Below are positions 28,678 to 39,200 of a DNA stretch of 64,000 bases, piece by piece. The number at the start of each line of letters is the position of its first letter. Within the stretch, counting starts at the first letter, position 1. A program made the translations under genes and the position numbers. This DNA comes from Sumerlaeia bacterium (GTDB lineage: Bacteria; Sumerlaeota; Sumerlaeia; SLMS01; JAHLLQ01): the NCBI GenBank assembly GCA_040219255.1, contig JAVJSW010000068.1, positions 224,001-288,000 on the forward strand, given 5' to 3'. Below the pieces are notes generated by a model that was not told the DNA's origin, did not search any database, and worked only from the letters and a program-made list of their open reading frames with translations.

Positions 28678-31268
28678 GCGAACCGAAAAAACGCACCAAG
28701 AAGACGTCCGCCGCCAAGGACAACGGCTCCTCCGCCCCGGAGGAGATCGTCGTGGAAGCGCCCAACGGTTCGGCCCCCACGCCGGACAATCCGGACGGGG
28801 ACGGAGTGGAATTCCCCGAGCAGGTCGTGTCGCTCATTCTCGATGGGCCCATCGTTTTTCCCTATATGCTGGCCCAGTTCGTTCTCAACGACGAGGACCA
28901 CAAGCGGGTGGTGGACGAAGCGCTGCGGGGCAATCGGCTCTTCGCCCTGTTTCCGTCCCGCATGGCCGAGGACGGTCGCGACCCCGCCACCCTGCCTCCC
29001 GATCAACGCGCTTTTCCCGTCGGAACCCTCTGCGCCGTGCTGCGCATGATGCGCGTGCCCGATGGCACCATGCGCCTGTTCGTCCATGGCGTGTCGCGAG
29101 TCACGCTCAACAAGTTCGTCAGCGAGAAACCCAATCTGATCGCCGAGATCAACCGCCTGCCGGAAATCGAGCACGACGGCGTGGAAGTCGAAGCGTTGAT
29201 GAAGCAGACGGTGGAGACGCTGCGCCAGACGGGGGCGCTGGCGGGCTGGCCGGAAGAACTGCTGATCAACGCCATCAACACGGAAGAGCCGGGCAAGCTG
29301 GCGGATCTGGTGGCCGCCAACACGAACATGCGGCCGGAAGGCCTGCGCGAAGCCCTGGCCGAAGCGGACACGATGGAGCGTCTCGACCTGGTGTTTCGCC
29401 ACCTGACGCACGAATTGCATGTGATGGAGATCGGGTCCTCGATCAGCGACAAAGTCCGCGCCGACATGGACAAGAACCAGCGCGACTTCGTCCTGCGCGA
29501 GCAGATGAAAGCCATCCAGCGCGAGCTGGGCATCGAAGACCCCCACGGCCAGGAAATCGCCGAACTGCACGAGCGCCTGAACGCCAAGGCGATGCCCGAT
29601 CACGCCCGCGCCGTGGCGGAAAAGGAACTGTCGCGCCTGGCCGCCCTGCCCCCCGCCGCCGCCGAGTATGGCCTGATCCGCACCTATCTCGACACCATCC
29701 TGGAGATTCCGTGGATGGACGCCACGGACGATCACATCGACCTGATCGACGCGCACAAAATCCTCGACGAAGACCACTTCGGCCTCGAGCAAGTCAAGGA
29801 GCGCATCCTGGAATTCCTGGCCGTCATCCGGCTCAAGGGCGGCGACCTGAAGGGGCCGATCCTGTGTCTGGTGGGGCCTCCCGGCGTGGGCAAGACGAGC
29901 CTGGGGCGCAGCATCGCCCGCGCCACGGGGCGCAATTTCTACCGGTTCAGCCTCGGCGGCATGCGCGACGAAGCGGAAATCCGCGGCCACCGCCGCACCT
30001 ACATCGGCGCCATGCCGGGCCGCATCGTCAAGGCCCTGCGCGATTGCGGCTCCATCAATCCGCTCATCATGCTCGATGAAATCGACAAGCTCGGCAACGA
30101 CTACCGGGGCGACCCGGCGAGCGCCCTCCTCGAAGTCCTCGACCCCGAGCAGAACGACTCCTTCGTCGATCACTACATGGACATGCCGGTCGACCTCTCG
30201 CGCACCATGTTCGTGACGACGGCCAACAGCCTGGACACGATCCCGGGGCCGCTGCGCGACCGCATGGAGATCATCCGCCTGGCGGGCTACACCGAGCACG
30301 AGAAGCTGGAAATCGCCGAGCGTTACCTCGTCCCGCGCGAGATCGAGGCCGCCGGCCTGAAGAAAAAAGACATCCGCATCCACAAAACGACCCTGCGCGA
30401 AATCATCGCCAACTACACCCGCGAGTCCGGCGTGCGGTCGCTGCAAAAGCAAATCGGAAACGTCTGCCGCAAAGTCGCCCGCAAGTTCGCCGAAGCCGAA
30501 AGCGAGTGGGAAGCCAACCTGCACCGCGAGGCGGAAGCGGCGTCCGACACCGCCGGCAAAGGCAAACGCGGCAAGAAAAAGGACGAAGCGGCCAACGCGG
30601 CCTTTGTCGACGTCCTGAACCGCAAGCCCCCCAAGCGCGATTCGGTGAAGGTGGACGTGAAGAAACTCCACGAACTCCTCGGTCCGCCCAAGGCCGACCA
30701 CGAACGGGCCGAGCGCATGAGCATGCCCGGCGTCGCCATCGGCCTGGCCTACACGCCGGTGGGCGGCGAAATCCTCTACGTCGAAGCCTCGCGCTATCCC
30801 GGCAAAGGCGACATCCGCCTGACGGGTCAGTTGGGCGACGTGATGAAGGAAAGCGCCACGGCGGCGCTGACCTACCTGCGGGCCAACGCGGGGCGGTTCT
30901 CGCTCGAGGACAAAGACTTCTCCGCCTGGGACTTCCACGTTCACGTGCCCGCCGGAGCCACCCCGAAAGACGGCCCCAGCGCCGGCGTCACCATGACCAC
31001 CGCGCTCGCCTCGCTCGTCACCGGACGCGAAGTGAAAGACTACCTTGCCATGACCGGCGAGATCACCCTGCGCGGCAGCGTCCTGCCGGTCGGCGGCATC
31101 AAAGAAAAAGTCCTCGCCGCCCACAACGCCGGCGTCAAACGCGTCTGCCTGCCCAAACGCAACGCCCACGACCTGGACGAACTGCCGGAAAACGTGCGCA
31201 ACGGCCTGGACTTCTGCCTGGTGGGGCATGTGGACGAGTTGCTGCGCGAGGCGCTGCGGGCGGGGTGA
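28674..31268 (+). CDS. lon: ATP-dependent Lon protease
   Basis: GPPGVGKTS, RGHRRTYIGAMPG, PKDGPSAG (catalytic Ser) and GGIKEKVLAA motifs. Confidence 0.97.
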   Translation: MSEPKKRTKKTSAAKDNGSSAPEEIVVEAPNGSAPTPDNPDGDGVEFPEQVVSLILDGPIVFPYMLAQFVLNDEDHKRVVDEALRGNRLFALFPSRMAEDGRDPATLPPDQRAFPVGTLCAVLRMMRVPDGTMRLFVHGVSRVTLNKFVSEKPNLIAEINRLPEIEHDGVEVEALMKQTVETLRQTGALAGWPEELLINAINTEEPGKLADLVAANTNMRPEGLREALAEADTMERLDLVFRHLTHELHVMEIGSSISDKVRADMDKNQRDFVLREQMKAIQRELGIEDPHGQEIAELHERLNAKAMPDHARAVAEKELSRLAALPPAAAEYGLIRTYLDTILEIPWMDATDDHIDLIDAHKILDEDHFGLEQVKERILEFLAVIRLKGGDLKGPILCLVGPPGVGKTSLGRSIARATGRNFYRFSLGGMRDEAEIRGHRRTYIGAMPGRIVKALRDCGSINPLIMLDEIDKLGNDYRGDPASALLEVLDPEQNDSFVDHYMDMPVDLSRTMFVTTANSLDTIPGPLRDRMEIIRLAGYTEHEKLEIAERYLVPREIEAAGLKKKDIRIHKTTLREIIANYTRESGVRSLQKQIGNVCRKVARKFAEAESEWEANLHREAEAASDTAGKGKRGKKKDEAANAAFVDVLNRKPPKRDSVKVDVKKLHELLGPPKADHERAERMSMPGVAIGLAYTPVGGEILYVEASRYPGKGDIRLTGQLGDVMKESATAALTYLRANAGRFSLEDKDFSAWDFHVHVPAGATPKDGPSAGVTMTTALASLVTGREVKDYLAMTGEITLRGSVLPVGGIKEKVLAAHNAGVKRVCLPKRNAHDLDELPENVRNGLDFCLVGHVDELLREALRAG

Positions 31269-31289
31269 GGGGAACTCACCCCGGACAAG

Positions 31290-31369
31290 TTTGGCCGCGG
31301 ATGAATAGGATGAATGAGATATGCCCGCCGGACTGAAAATCCGATTTATCTGATTTATCTGCGGCTAAA
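31290..31369. repeat. Inverted-repeat element of about 80 bp (second copy 46003-46082)
   Basis: TTGGCCGCGGATGAAT...TTATCTGCGGCTAA here and TTGGCCGCCGATGAAT...TTATCCGCGGCCAA at about 46.0 kb. Confidence 0.6.
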
Positions 31370-31412
31370 ATTCATCAACCTCCGTGTCTCCGCGTCTCCG
31401 TGGTAAACCCCA

Positions 31413-32150
31413 TCATTCCCCAACCCCATTGATCACATCCGCCAGATACCCCGCCCCGTAGCCGTTGTCGATGTTCACCACGCTGATGCCCGGCGAGCAG
31501 CTATTGAGCATCCCCAGCAGCGCCGCCACGCCCTGGAACGACGCGCCGTAGCCCACGCTCGTCGGCACGGCGATGACCGGCGCCTGGACTAGCCCGGCGA
31601 CGACGCTCGGCAGGGCGCCTTCCATCCCCGCCACCACCACCAGTACCCGGCACGTGCGGATGTCCTCCAAACGCCGCAGCAACCGGTGCAGCCCCGCCAC
31701 GCCGATGTCGAAGTGCCGGACCACCGGGCTGCCCAGCGTCTCCGCCGTAATCGCCGCTTCCTCCGCCACCGGCATGTCTGTCGTGCCGGCGCAGACAATG
31801 CCGACGGTTCCGGTCTTGCGGGGCGCCGTTTCCGCTCCCTGTGCCCGCACCACAACGAGGCGCGCGGTGTCGTGGCGGGCGACGTCAAAGGTCCCGCCAA
31901 GGGCGCTTTCCAGGGCGTCGCGCTGCTCGGGCGAGGTGCGCGTGGCCAGCGCCGTCTGCCCCGCCTCGGCCAGCGCCCGGGCGATGGCGACGACCTGAGC
32001 GGGCGTCTTGCCCTGCGAAAAAATCGCTTCCGGCCGCCCCCGCCGCGCCACGCGCGCCAGGTCCACCTGGGCGAATCCAAGATCGGTCAATGCGGGATCG
32101 GAGGGAATTGTCATGGTCAATCGTGCTTCATCGTGCGTCGGAAGGTGCAT
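31413..32150 (-). CDS. larB: Nickel-pincer cofactor biosynthesis protein LarB
   Basis: AQVDLAR, AGTTDMPVAEEA, DIGVAGLHR, AGMEGALPS, PTSVGYG and VNIDNGYGA motifs. Confidence 0.92.
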   Translation of the reverse strand: MHLPTHDEARLTMTIPSDPALTDLGFAQVDLARVARRGRPEAIFSQGKTPAQVVAIARALAEAGQTALATRTSPEQRDALESALGGTFDVARHDTARLVVVRAQGAETAPRKTGTVGIVCAGTTDMPVAEEAAITAETLGSPVVRHFDIGVAGLHRLLRRLEDIRTCRVLVVVAGMEGALPSVVAGLVQAPVIAVPTSVGYGASFQGVAALLGMLNSCSPGISVVNIDNGYGAGYLADVINGVGE

Positions 32151-32158
32151 GGCGAGGC

Positions 32159-32184
32159 GTTCGTCGTCCCGCCTTCAGGCGGAA
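32159..32184 (+). repeat. REP-like palindrome family A (GTTCGTMGTYCCGCCTTCAGGCGGAA); other copies at 25753-25777 (degenerate), 58509-58534 and 58678-58703 (inverted)
   Basis: Near-identical 26-mers with a CCGCC-TTCA-GGCGG hairpin and a GTAG/GTCG foot. Confidence 0.75.
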
Positions 32185-32315
32185 CGGTGCGGTGCCGGGC
32201 GCGTCGGACTTGCTTCGATTTCCGGCCCTCGCGCAAGTCGAATCGCCCGCCGCCAAAGGCCTCCTGGCTTCATCCAAGAAACTCTCCGATCGCGTCTCCG
32301 CCCTCGCGCCCCGGC

Positions 32316-33668
32316 CTACAGCCCCCGCTGCCCCATCGCGTCCTCGATGGCCCGCAACGTATAGAGCGTCCCCGTGGCCAGCACCGACTTGGCGCCGGGG
32401 GCTTCGGCGGCTTGCTGCACGGCTTCGGCGAGGCCGGGCGCTTCGATGGCGAGGAGGCCTTCGGCGCGGGCCGCTTCCGCCAGGGCGGCGGCTTTCGCGC
32501 CCCGGCCGCCAGGCACTTCGTAGCACACGGCCTGGAAAATCGCGTCGTGCGGCGCGCTCGTCAGCAGCGCGTGCAGGAACTGGCGCGCGTCCTTGTCCGC
32601 CTGCATCCCCCACAGCAGCACATAGGGCCCCGGCGCCACGCCGGCCACATGCTCCAGCGCTTCGCCCAGCGCCCGGGCGCTGGTGGGGCAATGGGCGCCG
32701 TCGATCACCAACCCCGGCGGCCCGGGGAAAACCTCCAGCCGGCCTCGCCAATCCAGCGCCCTCAGCCCCCGCGCCAGCACCTCGGCCCGCAACGGCCCCC
32801 GCCCCGCGTCGCGCAGAAACCGGTCCGCCATCGCCACCGCCACGCCCAGGTTGCGCGCCTGATGATCGCCCAGCAGCGGCAACATCGCCGTCGCTTCCTC
32901 GCCCGTGGGCAGAGTCACCCGCACCCGCTGACCCACCGGCCGGCGGTTCAGGATCTCGACCGGCGCCGGGGCCAGCATCGGCGCCCCCACCTCCGCCGCG
33001 CGCGACACGATGACCCGGTGCGCGTCGTGCTGGATCGGGGTGCGCGCTTCAAACACCACCACCGGCACGCGGGGTTTGATGATGCCCGCTTTCTCGCGGG
33101 CGATCAGGGCGATGTCGTCGCCCAGGAGCCGCGTGTGATCCCGCCCGATGGGCGTGATCGCGCACACCGCCGGCTCCACCACGTTCGTGCAATCCAGCCG
33201 CCCCCCCAGGCCCACTTCGTACACCGACGCCTCCACGCCCTCGTCGGCGAACAATCGGAACGCCAGCGCCGTCAAGCACTCGAACACCGTGCGGAAGGCT
33301 CCATCCTTCGCCTGTCCGCCTTCGACCCGCTCGCGCGCATGGGGCGCGATCAGCCCCTCCAGCGCTTCCTCGAATTCCGCCAGCGTCAGCGCCGCCCCGC
33401 CCACGCGAAAACGCTCGCCGTAATGCTCCAGATGCGGCGACGTATAGAGCCCCGTCCGCATCCCCGCGCCGCGCAGGATCGCCTCCACCATGGCCGCCGT
33501 GGACCCCTTGCCCTTCGTCCCCGCGATGTGCAGCGCCCGCGTCGCCCGCTGCGGATTGCCCATCGTCTCCAGCCACCGGCGAAAACCCTCCAGATCATAC
33601 GCCTCCGCCGTATAGGCGCGGGCGGCGGGCTGGCGTTCGAGGTCGATCAGGCGGTCGAGCAGGGTCAT
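32316..33668 (-). CDS. folC: Folylpolyglutamate synthase/dihydrofolate synthase
   Basis: HIAGTKGKGST, YTSPHL, EVGLGGRLD, EKAGIIK and DGAH motifs. True start ATG 33668. Confidence 0.93.
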   Translation of the reverse strand: MTLLDRLIDLERQPAARAYTAEAYDLEGFRRWLETMGNPQRATRALHIAGTKGKGSTAAMVEAILRGAGMRTGLYTSPHLEHYGERFRVGGAALTLAEFEEALEGLIAPHARERVEGGQAKDGAFRTVFECLTALAFRLFADEGVEASVYEVGLGGRLDCTNVVEPAVCAITPIGRDHTRLLGDDIALIAREKAGIIKPRVPVVVFEARTPIQHDAHRVIVSRAAEVGAPMLAPAPVEILNRRPVGQRVRVTLPTGEEATAMLPLLGDHQARNLGVAVAMADRFLRDAGRGPLRAEVLARGLRALDWRGRLEVFPGPPGLVIDGAHCPTSARALGEALEHVAGVAPGPYVLLWGMQADKDARQFLHALLTSAPHDAIFQAVCYEVPGGRGAKAAALAEAARAEGLLAIEAPGLAEAVQQAAEAPGAKSVLATGTLYTLRAIEDAMGQRGL

Positions 33669-33712
33669 GGGAAAAGGGACAATCGGGACAATGGACGAGG
33701 GGGTGCAGGGTT

Positions 33713-34360
33713 TCAGGCGGGAGGCTGGGCGGATTTGTACGTGGTCCAGGTCGGCTTGTAATCGTCCTGGGCCTGATTGCCCCAGGCTGCCCACCCGGGC
33801 CGCGTTCCCCGGGCGAACAGCTCCAGGTACGGCCCCGGACTGCACGCTTCGATCACATCGTAAAGCTCCCCCGGTTTGCGCGAATGCTCCTGCTTGCGCG
33901 TCGCCAGCAGATTCACCTGGCTGCGCCCCGGCGGCAACGTCCGCGCGTTCTTGCCCCGCACGCCAAAGAGCACCATCTCCGTCACATTCCGGAAATAGAA
34001 TCCCACCCCGCGCCCATCCGGCCCGCCGTCCTTGCGCACCTTGTACCAGATCAGGTTCGTCTTGTACTGAAATCCCCAGGCCCTCAGGACCTGCAGCCCC
34101 TCGGGCATCAGCGCGTTGGGCACCCACAGGTACAAATGCGCCGGCTCGGCCAGATGATCGCCCACCGGCAGGGCGCACAACTCCTCCAGCTCCATCGTCT
34201 CGTAGCGCCGCAATCGCCCGTGCTCCGGCGCCATCTTGCCGGTCCGGTTCTCGAAACGCCACGGCGGATCCGCCAGCACCGTCTGGAACGGCCCCCGGGC
34301 CGTGGCGAAGCGCCGAAAACTGGCGGCGGTTGGCTCCAGGGGACCACTCTCTCGGGTCAT
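33713..34360 (-). CDS. MT-A70 family adenine methyltransferase
   Basis: LADPPW catalytic motif, HLYLWVPN, AWGFQYKT, HSRKP and LELFAR. Confidence 0.9.
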   Translation of the reverse strand: MTRESGPLEPTAASFRRFATARGPFQTVLADPPWRFENRTGKMAPEHGRLRRYETMELEELCALPVGDHLAEPAHLYLWVPNALMPEGLQVLRAWGFQYKTNLIWYKVRKDGGPDGRGVGFYFRNVTEMVLFGVRGKNARTLPPGRSQVNLLATRKQEHSRKPGELYDVIEACSPGPYLELFARGTRPGWAAWGNQAQDDYKPTWTTYKSAQPPA

Positions 34361-34446
34361 GTTCCATCCTCGCAGGGGGTCGCGGACGCGCCAAGCTTTC
34401 CGCTACAAACCCCGTCCTAACCTTTGTCGTCAAGACCCCGCTCCGG

Positions 34447-34484
34447 GTTTCTTGCGGCACCCGCCGTTTCTTGCGGCACCCGCC
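34447..34484 (+). repeat. Perfect 19-bp tandem repeat, two copies
   Basis: GTTTCTTGCGGCACCCGCC at 34447-34465 and 34466-34484. Confidence 0.85.
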
Positions 34485-34546
34485 GCCCTTGCCGGTCGTC
34501 CTCCCAAACATTCCGCCCCCGCCGCCCCGACTCCAGCGCCCCCAAA

Positions 34547-34690
34547 CCCGTTGTCTGTTTAGTCTGATAAGTGTATTTTGTCTTTCTTTCTCCCGAAGCT
34601 CCACATGAGGGGACAAACCGCCGGGCCTGTGCGAGGCTCCTTTCACCTCGCCGGAAACCCCGGCCGCCTCAGGAGCCTTTCCATCATGAC
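34547..34690. repeat. Conserved structured intergenic element of about 140 bp, copy 1
   Basis: Shares GTCTGATAAGTGTAT and AAGCTCCACATGAGGGGACAAAC exactly with 63601-63733. Confidence 0.85.
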
Positions 34691-34845
34691 CGCCACCCGC
34701 CTCTCTCCTTGGAACTCCCGGCGCCTTGCCGGCGCCCCTGGCCACTCCGGACCCGTGGCCCTGACGAACCGGCCAGGTTGTGCCAGAATTTTGCTCAGCA
34801 TTCGGCCCGGCGCCGTCGCGCCCCAAAGGAGCGACCCCTCCCGTC

Positions 34846-35058
34846 ATGACGGATATTGGAAAAGCCCTCTTCATCTCCGGCCTCGCTCTGGCGGCCCTGG
34901 GCGGCCTGCTGTGGCTTCTCGGCCGCGCCGGATTCCAGGGCCTGCCGGGCGACATCTCCTTTCAGGGCGAGCGCGTCAAAGTGGTCTTCCCCATTGTGAC
35001 CTGTCTTGTCCTCAGCCTTCTCTTGACCTTGATTTTGAACCTGGCGGGACGCCGATGA
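34846..35058 (+). CDS. Small membrane protein, DUF2905-like
   Basis: MTDIGKALFISGL...GLPGDI...FPIVTCLVLSLLLTL; ATGA overlap with the next gene. Confidence 0.8.
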   Translation: MTDIGKALFISGLALAALGGLLWLLGRAGFQGLPGDISFQGERVKVVFPIVTCLVLSLLLTLILNLAGRR

Positions 35059-36227
35059 ACGAACCGAACGACACCCAAGACCCCACACGCGACGACGTCG
35101 ACGAACTTCGCGCCCGCCTCTTTCCCAAGCGCCCGCGCCGCAAGTGGCCCCGATGGACCCGCATACTCGTGTCTTTTCTCCTGGGCATCAGCCTGCCCTT
35201 CACATTCCTCGTCTTCATGGGGGCTTGCGTGTATTCCGCTCCGCGCTACCAGGGACCCGTCACCGATCACTTCGACGGCAAGAAATTCTTCAACCCCGGC
35301 GTCGATCTCGACGCCGAGCGCGACGGCGGCTTCTGGAAATGGAAGCTCACCGGCGAACCCGGTGAGTGGGATGACTTCCGCCCCGCCGAACCGGGCGCCC
35401 GCCCCCCCGAGCGCGCCGCCCCTGGCGACATGCGCGTCACCTTTATCGGCCATGCCTCCGTTCTCCTCCAGATCGACGGCGTGAACCTGCTCCTCGACCC
35501 CATCTGGAGCGACCGCGCCAGCCCCGTCGGTTTCGCCGGACCCAAGCGCCGCCGCCCCCCCGGCCTGCGCTTCGAGGACCTGCCCCCCATCGACGCCGTC
35601 CTGATCAGCCACAACCACTACGACCACCTCGATCTGCCGACGCTCGAACGTCTCGCCCAGGCCCACGATCCGCTCTTCGTGGTCCCGCTGGGCAACGACC
35701 TCCTGCTGGCCAAACACGGCCTCACCAAGGCCAAAGCCCTCGACTGGGACGATGCCATCGAGGTCGCCCCCGGCGTCACCGTCACCGCCACCCAGGTCCA
35801 GCACTGGTCCGCCCGCGGACTCTCCGACCGCTACGCCACCCTCTGGTGCGGTTTCGCCATCCAGGGCGCCGACGCCGGCACCGCCTACTACGCTGGCGAC
35901 ACCGGCTATGGGCCCTTCTTCGCCGACACGGCGGAGAAGTTCGGCCCGATCCGCCTCGCCATCCTCCCCATCGGAGCCTATCTGCCCCAATGGTTCATGG
36001 CTCCCTCGCACCAATCGCCCCAGGAAGCCGTCACCGCCCACCACGTCCTCAAAGCCGGCAAGAGCCTCGCCGTCCACTTCGGCACCTTTCGCCTCGCCGA
36101 CGATGGCCAGGACGAACCGGTCGAAGGCCTGATGGAAGCCCTCGCCGCCGACGACCTCATCGGCCCCGAAGACTTCTGGATTCTGGAGTTGGGCGAGGGG
36201 CGAGACGTGCCGCCCCTCGCCCCTTGA
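35055..36227 (+). CDS. Membrane-anchored MBL-fold hydrolase (NAPE-PLD/RomA-like)
   Basis: SHNHYDHLD, QHWSAR, AGDTGY, LPIGAY and VHFGTF motifs. Confidence 0.88.
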   Translation: MNEPNDTQDPTRDDVDELRARLFPKRPRRKWPRWTRILVSFLLGISLPFTFLVFMGACVYSAPRYQGPVTDHFDGKKFFNPGVDLDAERDGGFWKWKLTGEPGEWDDFRPAEPGARPPERAAPGDMRVTFIGHASVLLQIDGVNLLLDPIWSDRASPVGFAGPKRRRPPGLRFEDLPPIDAVLISHNHYDHLDLPTLERLAQAHDPLFVVPLGNDLLLAKHGLTKAKALDWDDAIEVAPGVTVTATQVQHWSARGLSDRYATLWCGFAIQGADAGTAYYAGDTGYGPFFADTAEKFGPIRLAILPIGAYLPQWFMAPSHQSPQEAVTAHHVLKAGKSLAVHFGTFRLADDGQDEPVEGLMEALAADDLIGPEDFWILELGEGRDVPPLAP

Positions 36228-36230
36228 GCC

Positions 36231-39200
36231 TCACGGGCACGGCCGCGCGGGGCGCTTCCACTCCGCCAGGAACGGGCTCACGAACCCGTCCACCGAGATG
36301 AACTTGCCGCCGAAAACCAACCCCGGGCCATCGCCCGAATCGTAGGTCTCCATCGCGAACGCCGAATCCGAGAACCGCATTCCTGTCGTGCCCAGCACAC
36401 TCTTCCACTCGGTGCCATTCCAACGAGCCCCGTTGATCGCGGTCCCGACCGGCAGGAGGAACAGAGAACCGACAGCGTACAGCTCCGGCCCTTCTTCGTT
36501 ATCGAAGACGTGGAACGCGGTCGCCGTCTGATTCTGGCCGCCCACGTCGGTCCAGCGGCTGCCATTCCAGCGCGCCATCCCGGCGAAATTCAGCCCGCCC
36601 GCCCGATTGAACGTGCCGGAAACGACAAGCTCCGGTCCCGCACCGCTGTCGTAAACCGCCAGCGCACTGACCGCCGTGTTGGCAACCGTGTTCGCCACCA
36701 CACCGCCGTCCACGCCTCGCCATTGCGAGCCGTCCCAGCGGGCCAGCGCCAGGATCGCTTTGCCCCCGATTTCCGTGAATCGGCCCCCGATATACAACTC
36801 GGGTCCATTGCCCGCGTCGAAGATGGTGAACTCGTTGCCGACGCCGCCGCTGCCCATGCCGCCGCCGACGCCACTCCACTCGAAACCATTCCAGCGGGCG
36901 ATGCCCACCGCATCGATGCCATTCGGCCCGCCGACCTTGTCGAAATCGCCCGCCACGTAGAGCGCCGGTCCCGATCCGTCATCGAACACCAGCATGGCGT
37001 TCACCGTGTCGCCGCTTTGGCCGAGGCCGCCGCCGACGCTCTGCCAGACGGTACCGTCCCACCGTGCGATGGAGTTCGACGGCTCGTCGGAACCGAGCAG
37101 ATCGAAGGCTCCACCCAGGTAGAGCGTCTCCGTCAGACCGTCGTCGAACGCCGCAAAGCAATTGCCACGGAACTGACCCCGGCGTTCGAACTGGAAACCG
37201 CCGATGGGGTCGAAATCCGTGCCGTCCCATCGCGCCACAAAGGCCGAAGCCTCCTGCCCCGCATGGATGAACTCGCCGGTCACGTACAGGTCATCCCCTC
37301 CACCATCGTCCCACGCGAACAGGCCGTGCACGGTGTCGTTGACGCCTCGGCCAACCGGAAGGGACTCGGTGCCATCCCAGGAACCGAGGTAGCGCCAGCG
37401 CAACTCCTCCGGCCCCTGCATCGAACCGCCAATGTAGAGGCGCTCGTCGCCGCCCGGATCGTAGGATTCCATCGCTGTCACGCCCGAGTCGAACACCGCC
37501 GTGCTGATCACCACCGCCGGTTCCGCGATCCAGTCGCTGCCGTTCCAGTAGGCCACCTTCTGTGTCGTCTCGCCATCCACCATGGTAAAGGTGCCGATCG
37601 CGGCCAAGCGGTTCGAGCCGCCGATATTGGTTTCGGCGATCTGGCGGATCAGGGCGTTCGTTCCTCCGCCAAGCGCCGACCACGTCAAGCCGTTCCACTT
37701 GGCGATGTTGTTCGCCGGATTGCCCCCCGCCATGTCAAAGTTCCCCGCCGCGAAAAGCGCCGGGCCCGAACCGTCGTCCCACACATCGAGGTCATAAGCC
37801 CCGGCGCGGATGCCACTGGTGCTGGTGAATCCGGCGAGCCCCGAGCCGAGATTCGTCCACGAAGCGCCGTCCCACTTGGCGATGCCAGCGATGGGCTGGC
37901 CGCCGATGCTCTCGATCCAGCCGGACACGTAGAGGTCGCCATCGAAGGACTCCAGGTCCTCGATGCGGAGGCTGGCGGGCACCGAGTGACCGAACTCGCC
38001 GCCCACCGGAGTCAGCGTCGCCCCATCGTATTTCGCCACGCCGCGATAGAAGGTCGAATTGATCGTGAAGCCGGTTCCGCCGATAAAGAGCGCCACGCCC
38101 GAGCCATCGTCGTGGGCCACCATCTCGGTCGGCGGCAGACCGAGACCGATAAGCCCCGGGGCGAGGGTCCAGCGTTCCTCAGCCGGATCCCATTTCAGGA
38201 TGCCCCTCCCCCCATTGCGCAGCGCACCGAGCGCGTACAGCGCTTCTCCGCCGCCCAAATCGGCGACGGCGAAGTCCTGGATGCCAGCGGTGCTGGTGAG
38301 GCCGAAGGGCCGATAATCCCGTCCATCCCACGCCCAGGTGTAATTGTCCGTGCCCACGACCAGAACCGGCTCGCCATCGAATTCGTAAGGGTGAATCGCC
38401 CGCACGATATCGAGGGGGTTGGGCAGCGGAAAGCGGCCCGGTGTGAATTGCTCGGGGCATAGCGGCCGCAGAACCACATCGCCCAGATCCGTCGTGCCCC
38501 CCGCCACCACCGGGAAGGGATCGAGAGTGGCGGCGAGGGTGGCGCCGTCGATCTCGTCGTTGACGACCAATTTCACGTCGCCGAACTCGCTGGGGACTTG
38601 CGTGAAGGTGAAGACGCCGGAGGCGTCGCTCGTGCCCATGACGAATTCCGCCTCAAGGGAAGGAATCCGCAGCGCGAGTTCAACGCCGGGGGCAGCCGAG
38701 TTGTCGTCTTCCAGAATCAGACGGCCAGTCACCGTGCTCGCCAGGTTGAGCTGATAGGCGGTGAAGCTCCATTCGAGCGCCGCGCCCGTCGGATTACCGT
38801 TGGCATAGGCGAGCGGTTCTTGCAGCGACACGCGGTACTCACCGGTCGGCAGGGCGCCGGGGAAGCTCATGAAGGCGGTCCGGGTGGCTTCCTCATAGCC
38901 GGCCACGCCGGTACGCACCGGGGTGTCGTCGGCGCTGTGGAGCACTCCGTCCGCCCCCGCGTTGAACAGTTGGAAGCTGTTGAGATTGACCGACGCGGGA
39001 TCGAGGGCCTGCGGGAAGACCGCCTCGACCCGCGTGACCGCGGAGACGAAACCCTCTGGCGCGATGCTGGTCACGTTGGGCGGGTTTGGATTCCCCGCGG
39101 TCAGGTTCCAGGTCGAACTGATGGCGCGCACATTGCCCGCCAGATCGCTCGCCGTGCCGCCAAGCACCGCCCGCACCCGGTCATTGCGGACCGGATTGGC

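Noticed and set aside
31413-32150. Lactate racemase system (larB together with ldh)
   Set aside because: No larA, larC or larE is in the window, and ldh is about 13 kb away.
32316-34955. 879-aa ORF suggesting a FolC fusion
   Set aside because: The N-terminal extension overlaps the MT-A70 gene in another frame; FolC homology begins at ATG 33668.
34578-36227. 549-aa extended MBL hydrolase
   Set aside because: The extension overlaps the DUF2905-like gene, and ATGA coupling supports a start at 35055.
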